Shown in pieces: positions 16,189 through 24,098 of a stretch of DNA of 24,098 nt. The DNA comes from a virus. Lineage: Duplodnaviria > Caudoviricetes. Below the pieces are notes generated by a model that had not been told where the DNA came from, did not search any database, and was given only the letters and a program-made list of their open reading frames with translations. The stretch covers positions 1 to 24,098 of IMG/VR virus record IMGVR_UViG_3300031758_000562; one strand, 5' to 3'. Numbering within the stretch: the first letter of the stretch is position 1; each line of letters begins with the position of its first letter. The position numbers and the translations under genes were made by a program.

Positions 16189-16882
16189 AATATTGTTTGT
16201 TCCAATATCAATAGATTTAAACAATAGTTTTAATTTAGAAAAGCCAAAACCAGCAAAAAATTTTTTACCAATTTGGTGGAAAGAACAAGAATTAACTTTA
16301 AAAAATGAAAATAAAGAAGATTTTATACCACCCCAAATATCTTTTAAAGGCTGTATGCCATTTTTAGATTCTTTAACTACTGGATATATGCTATCTACAC
16401 ATCAAGATATTTACGTGTCAAAACAAAATAATATACATTTTTTTAATTGGAACGTTGGACCAGATCCAATAGCAGTAAGGGATAATGGAAAAGTTTTAAG
16501 TACACTACCAACTCCAGATGGTTGCAGTGAAGTGCATTATGCTTGGAGAGGAAATTTTGGAATACTTCTCCCAAAAGGATATAGCATGCTAATTACTCAT
16601 CCACTTAATAGAAATGATTTACCCTTTATTTCAAGTAGTGGAATTGTTGACGAAGGTGTTCCATGGCCTGGACAATTTTCATTTTGGATAAAAAAAGATT
16701 TTACTGGTTTAATTCCACAAGGAACTCCTATAGCACAAATAATACCATTTAAAAGAGAAAATTGGGATTCTGAATTAAGGGTAGATTTAATTAAAGAAGC
16801 ACAAAATAAAAGTATGGAAAAAAATAAATATTTTTTTGGATTTTATAAAAAATTTATAAGACAAGAAAAGAAATTTAAATAA
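16178..16882 (+). CDS. DUF6065-like hypothetical protein
   Basis: ATG16178 after GGAG. KGCMPFLDSLTTGY, PKGYSMLITHP, SGIVD and GTPIAQIIPFKRE motifs. Confidence 0.6.
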   Translation: MKNKILFVPISIDLNNSFNLEKPKPAKNFLPIWWKEQELTLKNENKEDFIPPQISFKGCMPFLDSLTTGYMLSTHQDIYVSKQNNIHFFNWNVGPDPIAVRDNGKVLSTLPTPDGCSEVHYAWRGNFGILLPKGYSMLITHPLNRNDLPFISSSGIVDEGVPWPGQFSFWIKKDFTGLIPQGTPIAQIIPFKRENWDSELRVDLIKEAQNKSMEKNKYFFGFYKKFIRQEKKFK

Positions 16883-17163
16883 TGAAGCAACATTTATGGA
16901 AAGATCAGGCTGTATGTTTAGGCCTTGATACAAATATTTATTTTGATAAATATGAAGACGAAGAAAATTCTAGGTATAATGTTGACGCACTTTGCAAACA
17001 ATGTCCAGTAAAAAAAATATGTTTTGCCAACGGAATTTCTGGAAAAGAGTGGGGTGTTTGGGGTGGCGTATACTTAGAAGGTGGAGAAATTTCAAAAGAA
17101 TTTAATAAACATAAAACTAAAAAAGACTGGTCTGAAACTTGGCAGTCATTAACAATGGAATAA
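16882..17163 (+). CDS. whiB: WhiB-family (Wbl) transcriptional regulator
   Basis: Four Cys (C...CxxC.....C) and GVWGG turn. Confidence 0.9.
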   Translation: MKQHLWKDQAVCLGLDTNIYFDKYEDEENSRYNVDALCKQCPVKKICFANGISGKEWGVWGGVYLEGGEISKEFNKHKTKKDWSETWQSLTME

Positions 17164-17167
17164 AATT

Positions 17168-17893
17168 ATGGCTAACGACAACTTTTATAGTGATTTAAAC
17201 ACATTTTTTGAATCAACAAATGTTGATTTTATGAATCATGGGTACTACCCATCATATAATTTTATAAAAAAAGAAGATCAAGATTTTAAAAATCAACTTA
17301 GTCTTTATTTATCTTTATTTGATAATTTAAAATTTACAAATAAAAACATACTTGAGGTTGGTTGCGGTAGAGGTGGTGGAATAAAAGGTTTAAATAAATA
17401 CTTTAATTTTACAGAAATTTATGCTTGTGATTTAAATAAAAAAAATATAGAGTATTGTAATAAAAATAATAAAAATATTAATTTTAAAGTTTCAAATGCA
17501 GAAAGTTTAGACTACGAAGATAATTATTTTGATATAGTCGTCAGTGTAGAATCTTCTCATTGCTATCAAAATTTTCCATTGTTTTTTTATGAGGTAAAAA
17601 GAATTTTAAAACCAAATGGTATTTTTCTTTATACTGATAATGGCCCAGCAATTCATGCTTTTCCTGATTTTTTTCATTTATTTAAAAATATTATTCGTAC
17701 AGATATTACAAAAAATGTTGCAAGTGCTTGTAAAGAAGATATGGAAAATTTTAAAAATCTTAAAATTAAACAAGATGTAAAAGAATGGCTTATAAATATT
17801 GCAGAAACTAAATATTATACAAAGTATAGTTTGTTTAAAAATCAATATATTAAATATGTTTGTTCTGATAATGATAATTGGTTTAATAAATAA
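17168..17893 (+). CDS. Class I SAM-dependent methyltransferase
   Basis: FMNHGY, ILEVGCGRGGG, FDIVVSVESSHCY and RILKPNG motifs. Confidence 0.88.
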   Translation: MANDNFYSDLNTFFESTNVDFMNHGYYPSYNFIKKEDQDFKNQLSLYLSLFDNLKFTNKNILEVGCGRGGGIKGLNKYFNFTEIYACDLNKKNIEYCNKNNKNINFKVSNAESLDYEDNYFDIVVSVESSHCYQNFPLFFYEVKRILKPNGIFLYTDNGPAIHAFPDFFHLFKNIIRTDITKNVASACKEDMENFKNLKIKQDVKEWLINIAETKYYTKYSLFKNQYIKYVCSDNDNWFNK

Positions 17894-18123
17894 TGTATAC
17901 AGATTTAATGAGATATGCCGTTCATTCTATACCTGCGCCAAAAGGTTTTGGAGTGCAGATTATTGACAACGATCATTTTCTTACGGTAAAATTAGATGAA
18001 AAAAAGTTTTTACATATGGGGCACGATGATAAAATATCAGCACTTCAATATGTTGTAAAACTTAAAAAAGCACTAGAAGATTGTGGAGCAATTGTTTTGA
18101 TAACTAGAGAGGCAATTAAATGA
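17893..18123 (+). CDS. Hypothetical protein
   Basis: 76 aa, TAATG-coupled to the upstream gene. Confidence 0.7.
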   Translation: MYTDLMRYAVHSIPAPKGFGVQIIDNDHFLTVKLDEKKFLHMGHDDKISALQYVVKLKKALEDCGAIVLITREAIK

Positions 18124-18251
18124 TTAAACAATTAATTAAAATTATTATATGTAAAATTAAAGATCATGTATTAATTACTGCTGGAGCATGCCCATATACT
18201 GGGAAAAGTTATAACGCCTGTATAAGATGTGGAACAATGATAACAATATGA
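18120..18251 (+). CDS. Small Cys/His zinc-finger protein (43 aa, not in track)
   Basis: MIKQLIKIIICKIKDHVLITAGACPYTGKSYNACIRCGTMITI*. CxxxxH...CxRCG; ATGA overlaps at both ends. Confidence 0.6.
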   Translation: MIKQLIKIIICKIKDHVLITAGACPYTGKSYNACIRCGTMITI

Positions 18252-18373
18252 AAAAGAAAACAAAAATATTAATACTAATAATCTTATCTTTGTTAACTGC
18301 CATGACACTTTGGGTAGCATCCAATTTAAAAAAAATATCTGAATTAAACATTTTTGATATAGAAGAAAATTAA
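18248..18373 (+). CDS. Small single-TM protein (41 aa, not in track)
   Basis: MKKKTKILILIILSLLTAMTLWVASNLKKISELNIFDIEEN*. Coupled on both sides. Confidence 0.55.
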   Translation: MKKKTKILILIILSLLTAMTLWVASNLKKISELNIFDIEEN

Positions 18374-18861
18374 TGCAAACCTTCCTACCTTATAAAGATT
18401 ATGATCAGTGTGCAGAAATATTAGATAATAAAAGATTAAATAAACAGATATTAGAAGCCTATCAGATACTCAAGGTTTTGTCTGGTAAATCCCCATCAGG
18501 GGCTTGGCGCAATCATCCAGCGGTATTGATGTGGAAAAATGCAGAGCATTCATTACGCACATACGCTAAAGCCATGATTAAAGAGGCTAAGGCAAGGGGT
18601 ATAAGGACAGATAAGAACGAAGCCAATATAGAGGCTCTAGAGGCTGTTTGTGGGCAGATTTGGGGTACTGATAAGCCAGTCTGGAACAAGCCCTCTCACA
18701 TAGACCGTGTAAATATCACTCATAGGGCTAACTTATACCGTAAAGATCCTATCTATTATGCTGAGTTTTACAAAGACATTAAAAATGAACACAACAAACC
18801 TTGTTGCGATAAATGTTTATATTATTGGGCAACCCATGCCATTAGAGATGGAGTACAATAG
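18373..18861 (+). CDS. Pyrimidine-dimer DNA glycosylase/endonuclease V family (MSMEG_6728-like)
   Basis: MQTFLPY, LDNKRLNKQILEAYQIL, WRNHPAVLMW and THRANLYRKDP motifs. Confidence 0.85.
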   Translation: MQTFLPYKDYDQCAEILDNKRLNKQILEAYQILKVLSGKSPSGAWRNHPAVLMWKNAEHSLRTYAKAMIKEAKARGIRTDKNEANIEALEAVCGQIWGTDKPVWNKPSHIDRVNITHRANLYRKDPIYYAEFYKDIKNEHNKPCCDKCLYYWATHAIRDGVQ

Positions 18862-18866
18862 TTAGT

Positions 18867-19226
18867 ATGGAAATGATGTTTATAATATTTTTTGCTACCC
18901 TCTCATTTTCTTTTGGCATAGCCTATTGGTCAGTATTTGATAAGTTAAAAAAATCAAACATTTTACTTGCAGAACTTTTTATAAAAAATAGAGCACTAGA
19001 GGAAATTGCTTCTCAAGTTAAAAATAATATAACACTTTCAGATGATGCAATACATAAAGAAAATTTTATAAAATTTCTTTCTGATTCTAGAGATTGGGCT
19101 TTTGAATATATTGAAACATCACAAAAAACTATTAAAGAAGTATCAGAAGAACTTAAAAGTAAAGGTTTGAATGGGTATTCTGAAAAACTTTTAGCACTTT
19201 TGCCACCAGCAGTAGGAGATAAATAG
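18867..19226 (+). CDS. Membrane-anchored hypothetical protein
   Basis: N-terminal TM helix, FIKFLSDSRDWAFEYIE. Confidence 0.7.
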   Translation: MEMMFIIFFATLSFSFGIAYWSVFDKLKKSNILLAELFIKNRALEEIASQVKNNITLSDDAIHKENFIKFLSDSRDWAFEYIETSQKTIKEVSEELKSKGLNGYSEKLLALLPPAVGDK

Positions 19227-19227
19227 C

Positions 19228-19386
19228 ATGAGAGATGTTTTATTATCAACATTAACAGGTTTTGGATGCGGTGCCGTGTTTGCTGCATTCAAATTGCCAG
19301 TACCAGCACCACCAGTTTTTGCGGGAGTCGCAGGAATTATTGGGCTGTGGATTGGTTTTACAATACTAACACAAATTATATCCTAG
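19228..19386 (+). CDS. XapX-domain (DUF1427) membrane protein (52 aa, not in track)
   Basis: MRDVLLSTLTGFGCGAVFAAFKLPVPAPPVFAGVAGIIGLWIGFTILTQIIS*. Signature LPxPAPP..AG..G..G..G; SD AGGAG. Confidence 0.85.
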   Translation: MRDVLLSTLTGFGCGAVFAAFKLPVPAPPVFAGVAGIIGLWIGFTILTQIIS

Positions 19387-19394
19387 GAGGAATA

Positions 19395-19673
19395 ATGAAT
19401 AACTTACTAAATGATAAGACAAAGGCAATGCTAGCATCATACGGACGATCTGTTCTTGGTTCAGTAATTGCACTTTATATGGCTGGCGTAACAGATCCAA
19501 AAGATTTATGGGCTGCATTAGTTGCTGCTCTAGCGCCCGTCGCATTAAGAGCGCTTAATCCTAATGACAAGGCGTTTGGCGTATTGCCAGACACTGGTGC
19601 TGTTTCAGATGCACTTAGCAAGATTGTACCTGCTAAAAAGGCTCCAGCAAAAAAGGCTGCTAAGAAAAAGTAG
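19395..19673 (+). CDS. Holin-like membrane protein
   Basis: SD AGGAGG then ATG19395. Two hydrophobic segments, LRALNPNDKAFG, basic PAKKA tail. Confidence 0.55.
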   Translation: MNNLLNDKTKAMLASYGRSVLGSVIALYMAGVTDPKDLWAALVAALAPVALRALNPNDKAFGVLPDTGAVSDALSKIVPAKKAPAKKAAKKK

Positions 19674-19682
19674 TTTGTTTTT

Positions 19683-19724
19683 AATAAGGAGGGCAAACTT
19701 AAAAACTTGCCCTCTTTATTTTTT
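19683..19724 (+). terminator. Rho-independent terminator
   Basis: AATAAGGAGGGCAA / TTGCCCTCTTTATT 14-bp stem followed by a T run. Confidence 0.8.
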
Positions 19725-19738
19725 ATAACTGGGTAATT

Positions 19739-20431
19739 ATGGACTTTGTATACATATGTAAAGAAGGCGTTAACGAAGAGTTAAAGTATTCTATTAGATC
19801 TGTCGTTGAAAGTTTTCCAGACTCAAATATATGGGTTGTTGGTGGTAAGCCTGATTGGTACATAGGAAACTATATTGAGGTTCATCAGGTATATACTAAG
19901 TATAAAAATGCTGTAGAGAATTTAAAAATGATCTGTTCTTCACCACAAATATCTAATGAATTTGTTTTGATGAATGACGATTTTTATATTATTAAAAAAA
20001 TAGATAGCATAAACACTTTTCATGGCGGATATCTATTAAATAAAATAAACTTATATCAAAAACTAAATGGTAATTCTAACTATACTAGAAAACTTAATGC
20101 CACATACAAAAGATTAAAAGCCATTGGAATTGATGATCCACTAGACTATGAACTGCACGTACCTATGATTATGGAGAAACAAAAATTGCAAGATGTGTTA
20201 GATAAAAATGACCAGTTTTTATGGAGATCCATGTATGGAAATATATTTAAGGTTGGTGGGTCAGAGATGCAAGATGTTAAGGTTTATACTAGAGGTCCTT
20301 TAGTTTTTAAGTCTTATAATTTAGATATAGATAATCACACATATTTATCTAGCGCAGATAGTTCTTTTGATATTATTTGGAATAACATACTTAAGATTCA
20401 GTTTAAACAAAAAACTAAATTTGAGAGATAA
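19739..20431 (+). CDS. Stealth-like/glycosyltransferase-related protein
   Basis: MDFVY, EELKYSIRSV, ISNEFVLMNDDF and YELHVP resemble Stealth CR1-CR3 motifs. Confidence 0.6.
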   Translation: MDFVYICKEGVNEELKYSIRSVVESFPDSNIWVVGGKPDWYIGNYIEVHQVYTKYKNAVENLKMICSSPQISNEFVLMNDDFYIIKKIDSINTFHGGYLLNKINLYQKLNGNSNYTRKLNATYKRLKAIGIDDPLDYELHVPMIMEKQKLQDVLDKNDQFLWRSMYGNIFKVGGSEMQDVKVYTRGPLVFKSYNLDIDNHTYLSSADSSFDIIWNNILKIQFKQKTKFER

Positions 20432-21452
20432 GTTCTAAATATTTTTCTTTTAAAATAACTGGAGAAAAGTTTGCAACTCCAATATTATATGCTTGTTCTT
20501 TATAAGATACCTTATCTTTAATATTAATATAGTCATCAATTGTTTTTGCTAAAGCCATCGGATCTGCTTCAAACAATTCAAGTCTAACCTTAGTTCTAAT
20601 TGTTCCGATTGAATCGCTTTTGACCAACCACTCTGAAGGTAAAATATAATTATTGGGAGATATGTTAGTCATAAAAACTGGCAGGGCACTTAATAGGGCT
20701 TCATTCATTGGCAAACATAATCCAGCATAGCGTCTTGGCAATACCATAGCGTCAAAACTATTATACATATCTTCCCTATTGTCTGGATTGCCTACTTCAA
20801 TCTTAAGCCTTGAATCCTTAATATTTGTCTCTATTTCACTTTGACTTCTAATTACTAACTCATAATCTGCTTTAGAATACTTAAGCATATTAATTACAGT
20901 CTCAGTACCGTTTCTATCTTTTGCTGCTTTTTTACCAGCAATGTGTAATATTCTGTTATGTGATTTAGATAAATTGTTTTCTTTTACTTTACTAAATAAT
21001 TCCTCATTTGTTGGTGGTGGAAGATGGATAACTTTGGTTTGACCACCAAACATTTTTTTTATATGTTCAATTTGCCATACACTTGGAGATAAAAGTACTG
21101 TTGGTAGTGGTAGATTAGGGTTTGATAAATGACCAAATAGTTCATAGTTATATTGAAGTATGGTTTTTACATTTCTTTTGTTTGCAAAATTTATAAAGTT
21201 TTGATCATAAAATGTTTCACAACTTAATACAACATCTACATCCCCTAAAAACATTTTAATCTGTTGAATAGATGGAAAACCATTACTTCTAATGCAACTA
21301 TATTTTTCATACCATTCTGGATGCTGCTTATTTTTATTAAATGATGTAGAGTCAATTAAAAGAATCTTATCTGGATTAAGCATATTAACCAATTCTTTAG
21401 TCTGATTGCCAAGTCCAGTATTGTCAGATCTTGCTATAATTCCCAGTCTCAC
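20415..21452 (-). CDS. Glycosyltransferase, GT-B fold (GT4-like)
   Basis: ILHIAG..DRNG and DAMVLPRRYAGLCLPMNEALLSALPV (E-x7-E-like region). Confidence 0.85.
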   Translation of the reverse strand: MRLGIIARSDNTGLGNQTKELVNMLNPDKILLIDSTSFNKNKQHPEWYEKYSCIRSNGFPSIQQIKMFLGDVDVVLSCETFYDQNFINFANKRNVKTILQYNYELFGHLSNPNLPLPTVLLSPSVWQIEHIKKMFGGQTKVIHLPPPTNEELFSKVKENNLSKSHNRILHIAGKKAAKDRNGTETVINMLKYSKADYELVIRSQSEIETNIKDSRLKIEVGNPDNREDMYNSFDAMVLPRRYAGLCLPMNEALLSALPVFMTNISPNNYILPSEWLVKSDSIGTIRTKVRLELFEADPMALAKTIDDYINIKDKVSYKEQAYNIGVANFSPVILKEKYLELISQI

Positions 21453-22321
21453 TCTATTGACCTTAAAATATCTTTATCATCTTTAAATAACTCAGACTGA
21501 CTTAATATTTTTTTTGCATCTTCAATACTCGTATATGACCAAAACTCATCATCTTGGGTAAACTTTCTAGTGCTTTGTCTTCCATCTAAATGTAAAACCC
21601 TGCTTACGTTTTGACCATTATCTGGGTAATAAATAAACATCTTATGCGCTTCCCAGTTTCTAATTTTAAAAACATATGGAGTATCTACAATTCTTTCTTC
21701 GTTTGGCAAGTACTCACAATCAGTTTGAGCCTTTCCATAAAACTCATCTTCAATATAATTTCTTTCACCAATATTTGGCAAAATAATATTCTTATAGTAA
21801 CTAGTAAAACTTAAATGTGGATTTTGACTCCACTGAACAGTCTTTATAAAGATATCTTCTTGACCACACATCATATGAACATGTTCTTGTGGCATCTCTT
21901 CTCTTAAATAAAACCTTATTGTGTTTGCCTTGTTATATTCAAACATATCCAAACATTTATTCCAGTCAATATCTCTATCGGTTCTTAATGGTAAATCTCC
22001 TTCAATATAAAGAATTAGTGGTGTTTGAACCAAGTTAATAGTTTTTTTCATCATAGTGCTCTGATGGCTATGTTCATCAAATATAATTGGTAATACATTT
22101 TTCCATTCGTGTAAGCATTTCCATAAAACTCTATTTTTATATTCGTCATAGTCTTTTTTATAGTTTGATTGCTCTGATCTTATTCCATCTATTTGTAATA
22201 TTATCTCACTGTCTGGAAAATGAAATCTTGTATTGTTTATAGTTGTTTCTATAACCTTTGTACTGGGATGGCTAGGAATATAAGATGTTGGAACAATAAT
22301 TGTTACATCAGACTTTTGCAT
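21449..22321 (-). CDS. Glycosyltransferase, GT-A fold (GT2-like)
   Basis: VTIIVPT, ILQIDG, ILYIEGD and VLHLDG motifs. Confidence 0.65.
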   Translation of the reverse strand: MQKSDVTIIVPTSYIPSHPSTKVIETTINNTRFHFPDSEIILQIDGIRSEQSNYKKDYDEYKNRVLWKCLHEWKNVLPIIFDEHSHQSTMMKKTINLVQTPLILYIEGDLPLRTDRDIDWNKCLDMFEYNKANTIRFYLREEMPQEHVHMMCGQEDIFIKTVQWSQNPHLSFTSYYKNIILPNIGERNYIEDEFYGKAQTDCEYLPNEERIVDTPYVFKIRNWEAHKMFIYYPDNGQNVSRVLHLDGRQSTRKFTQDDEFWSYTSIEDAKKILSQSELFKDDKDILRSIE

Positions 22322-23168
22322 TTACTTGCCTCATAATCTCAATTGATAAATCTCTTTTATATTTTATCCACCAACAGACAGTTTTATGCATATTGCTCAT
22401 ATATGTTTCTAATAAGTTTGGTAATAATTCTGACAGGTGATTCCAGTTTTCAAGAGTTTTTATTGGATGAATATCTCCAAAAACAAAATTATAAAAATCT
22501 GGATTTATACCCTTTGAATCTATTCTATCACCTATTGGCAAACAAAGTGTTTCAATTGCCTCATAAAATCTAAAAGAATCTATTACTTCAGCCCCGCTTG
22601 GACAAGGAACAATTTTTGATAAACTCATCTTGTCGTAATAATTTTTGGGTTTTAATCCTTCAGCAAATCCATTAGTTGGATTATAAAAAGAATTTTCTAT
22701 TTGAGGCATAACGTTTGCAAGTTCTTGTCTTCTTTGATGTGTTATTTGACCAGAAAAAAACACATCGTAAGATTTGTTTTGATATTGTGGCAAGTTTTTA
22801 GAAAAATGTTGTGGTACACCAAGCGCTAACTTATTATATTTTATATGTTTTTTATGAGGATATTGTACCCAAATCTCAATATTATTATGATTTATTTTAT
22901 CAACATTGAACGTAGCAGATTCATCTCCAGTGATAAATAGAACTACTCTTTTTATTTTATTTAATTCATTTGATATCTGTTCTTCATAATCAATGTTTTG
23001 TGGGCCAGGAATTACGACAAAGGCTTTTTCTATTTCTGGCAGTTCTGTTGTTTTGATTTGTTTAATTTTATTTTTATTAAAGATTTCTTTTAATAATCCA
23101 TAATCCCATTTGTCGGAAGCACAATCTTCTTCTTTAACAGAATATAAAAATGCTTTTACTTCATTCAT
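22308..23168 (-). CDS. Exostosin (GT47)-like glycosyltransferase
   Basis: YDVFFSGQ..R and MSLSKIVPCPSG..SFRFYEAIETLCLPI motifs. Confidence 0.7.
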   Translation of the reverse strand: MNEVKAFLYSVKEEDCASDKWDYGLLKEIFNKNKIKQIKTTELPEIEKAFVVIPGPQNIDYEEQISNELNKIKRVVLFITGDESATFNVDKINHNNIEIWVQYPHKKHIKYNKLALGVPQHFSKNLPQYQNKSYDVFFSGQITHQRRQELANVMPQIENSFYNPTNGFAEGLKPKNYYDKMSLSKIVPCPSGAEVIDSFRFYEAIETLCLPIGDRIDSKGINPDFYNFVFGDIHPIKTLENWNHLSELLPNLLETYMSNMHKTVCWWIKYKRDLSIEIMRQVNAKV

Positions 23169-23998
23169 TTTTTTGTACCATCCTGCATAAATTCAGAAGA
23201 GTCGCAGGCAGCACAACTATCAACCTGAAGATCCCCACTTACAGACATCGTCTTAAAATTATTACCACATTTACATTCAACTTTTACTTCAAAAAAGACT
23301 TGTTTGTCTTTTTTAGATTCATTATTTATCCACTGATTGTAATAGTCATTAGTAAAATATTTTAAACCATTTTCTGGATTATTGAAAGGGTAAAAGTAAG
23401 AGTTGTATGGGTCTTCATTAGTTGACGGATACCTACCCCATTTTTTATTATAGTATTCTTTTGTTTCTCCCATGTTTGGATCAACACCACCAAGTTTATG
23501 GCTATGCCCCATTATTGTATCTTTAATATCAATCTTAACTTTTTTCCATGTAGTTTTTTCTTCTTTTATTTTTTTCCAATGATCATTATAATCTAATAAA
23601 AATGCTCTTTGTATTCTCATACTATAATCTAAATCTTCATATCCATATGGCGTAAAGTTTGTATCCCAAAATCCAACCTTATCAATTAATGTTTTATGAA
23701 AAGCAATAAAGTGCCATCCAAAAACTCCAAGGGCCTCAATAATTACATAGTCGGTATTTTCTAATATTTCTATAAAGTCTAAGCCACCAGGTTCTCCAAA
23801 ACGAACTGCAGCACTCATAACTATATACCAGTCTGCATCTTCATCATACATTTTTTGAATTCCTAAATTATGACTTGCAGCAAACCCTATATTGTTTTCA
23901 GTATTATCAATTTCAAAAACATTTTCTAACTTACAAGTTTCCATAAGTTCATCTTTAAAAGATTTAATTCTATAAGGAAGACCAACTACATACTTCAT
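23165..23998 (-). CDS. GT2-family glycosyltransferase with C-terminal L31-like zinc ribbon
   Basis: IDN..NNIGFAASHNLG and VGFWDTNF..YGYEDLDYSMR motifs; C-terminal ECKCGN...VDSCAAC. Confidence 0.8.
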   Translation of the reverse strand: MKYVVGLPYRIKSFKDELMETCKLENVFEIDNTENNIGFAASHNLGIQKMYDEDADWYIVMSAAVRFGEPGGLDFIEILENTDYVIIEALGVFGWHFIAFHKTLIDKVGFWDTNFTPYGYEDLDYSMRIQRAFLLDYNDHWKKIKEEKTTWKKVKIDIKDTIMGHSHKLGGVDPNMGETKEYYNKKWGRYPSTNEDPYNSYFYPFNNPENGLKYFTNDYYNQWINNESKKDKQVFFEVKVECKCGNNFKTMSVSGDLQVDSCAACDSSEFMQDGTKK

Positions 23999-24096
23999 TT
24001 GTTAAATATATCTTGATTTACCCAAGTTTTTGGAGTTAGGTTATTTTGAATTTCAACTGGTATATTAAAATTAAATGGCCCAGTTCCTCTTTGTTT
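23995..24096 (-). CDS. 3' end of a minus-strand gene (partial; glycan-operon member)
   Basis: KQRGTGPFNFNIPVEIQNNLTPKTWVNQDIFNK* with ATGA overlap onto the GT2 start. Confidence 0.55.
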   Translation of the reverse strand, partial: KQRGTGPFNFNIPVEIQNNLTPKTWVNQDIFNK

Positions 24097-24098
24097 TA

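Noticed and set aside
19266-19394. Cys-rich N-terminal extension of track ORF 19266-19673
   Set aside because: This DNA encodes XapX in another frame; SD AGGAGG points to ATG19395.
20415-20431. 17-bp 3' overlap of convergent genes as an antisense regulatory system
   Set aside because: Short convergent overlaps are common in compact phage genomes; no further evidence.
1-24098. CRISPR array, integrase/transposase, intron or intein, stop-codon recoding
   Set aside because: No regularly spaced repeats or mobile-element motifs seen. terL is uninterrupted. Genes tile densely under the standard code, with TAA, TAG and TGA all used as stops.

Overview
AT-rich segment of a large tailed dsDNA phage genome, most likely an uncultured actinophage. 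Host evidence: a WhiB/Wbl gene, an MSMEG_6728/DenV-like gene, FmdB and XapX proteins and many apparently leaderless genes. A low-GC freshwater acI-type host is an inference. Plus strand, in order: terminase large subunit; two large secreted Ala/Thr/Ser-rich surface-type proteins; a lysis-like block (small membrane protein, Cys-rich lipoprotein, 2-TM protein, CHAP endolysin); an Ntn (HslV/proteasome-beta-like) protease; tRNA-Gly and tRNA-Glu; Hsp20; FmdB zinc ribbon; SNase-like nuclease; thioredoxin; a modular putative head polyprotein; WhiB; a SAM methyltransferase; a pyrimidine-dimer glycosylase; XapX; a second holin-like gene; and a Stealth-like gene. A minus-strand glycosyltransferase operon converges on the last gene. 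Nine short complete ORFs missing from the supplied track were translated by hand. Highlights: a ROSE-type RNA thermometer sequestering the hsp20 SD, a compact H-type pseudoknot at the start of the fmdB transcript, a ribosomal-protein-L31-like zinc ribbon fused to a GT2 enzyme, a polyprotein with modules delimited by hydrophobic-x-K-[S/A] sites, and a possible phage-encoded surface-protein plus glycosylation system. All family calls come from motif recognition, not database searches.
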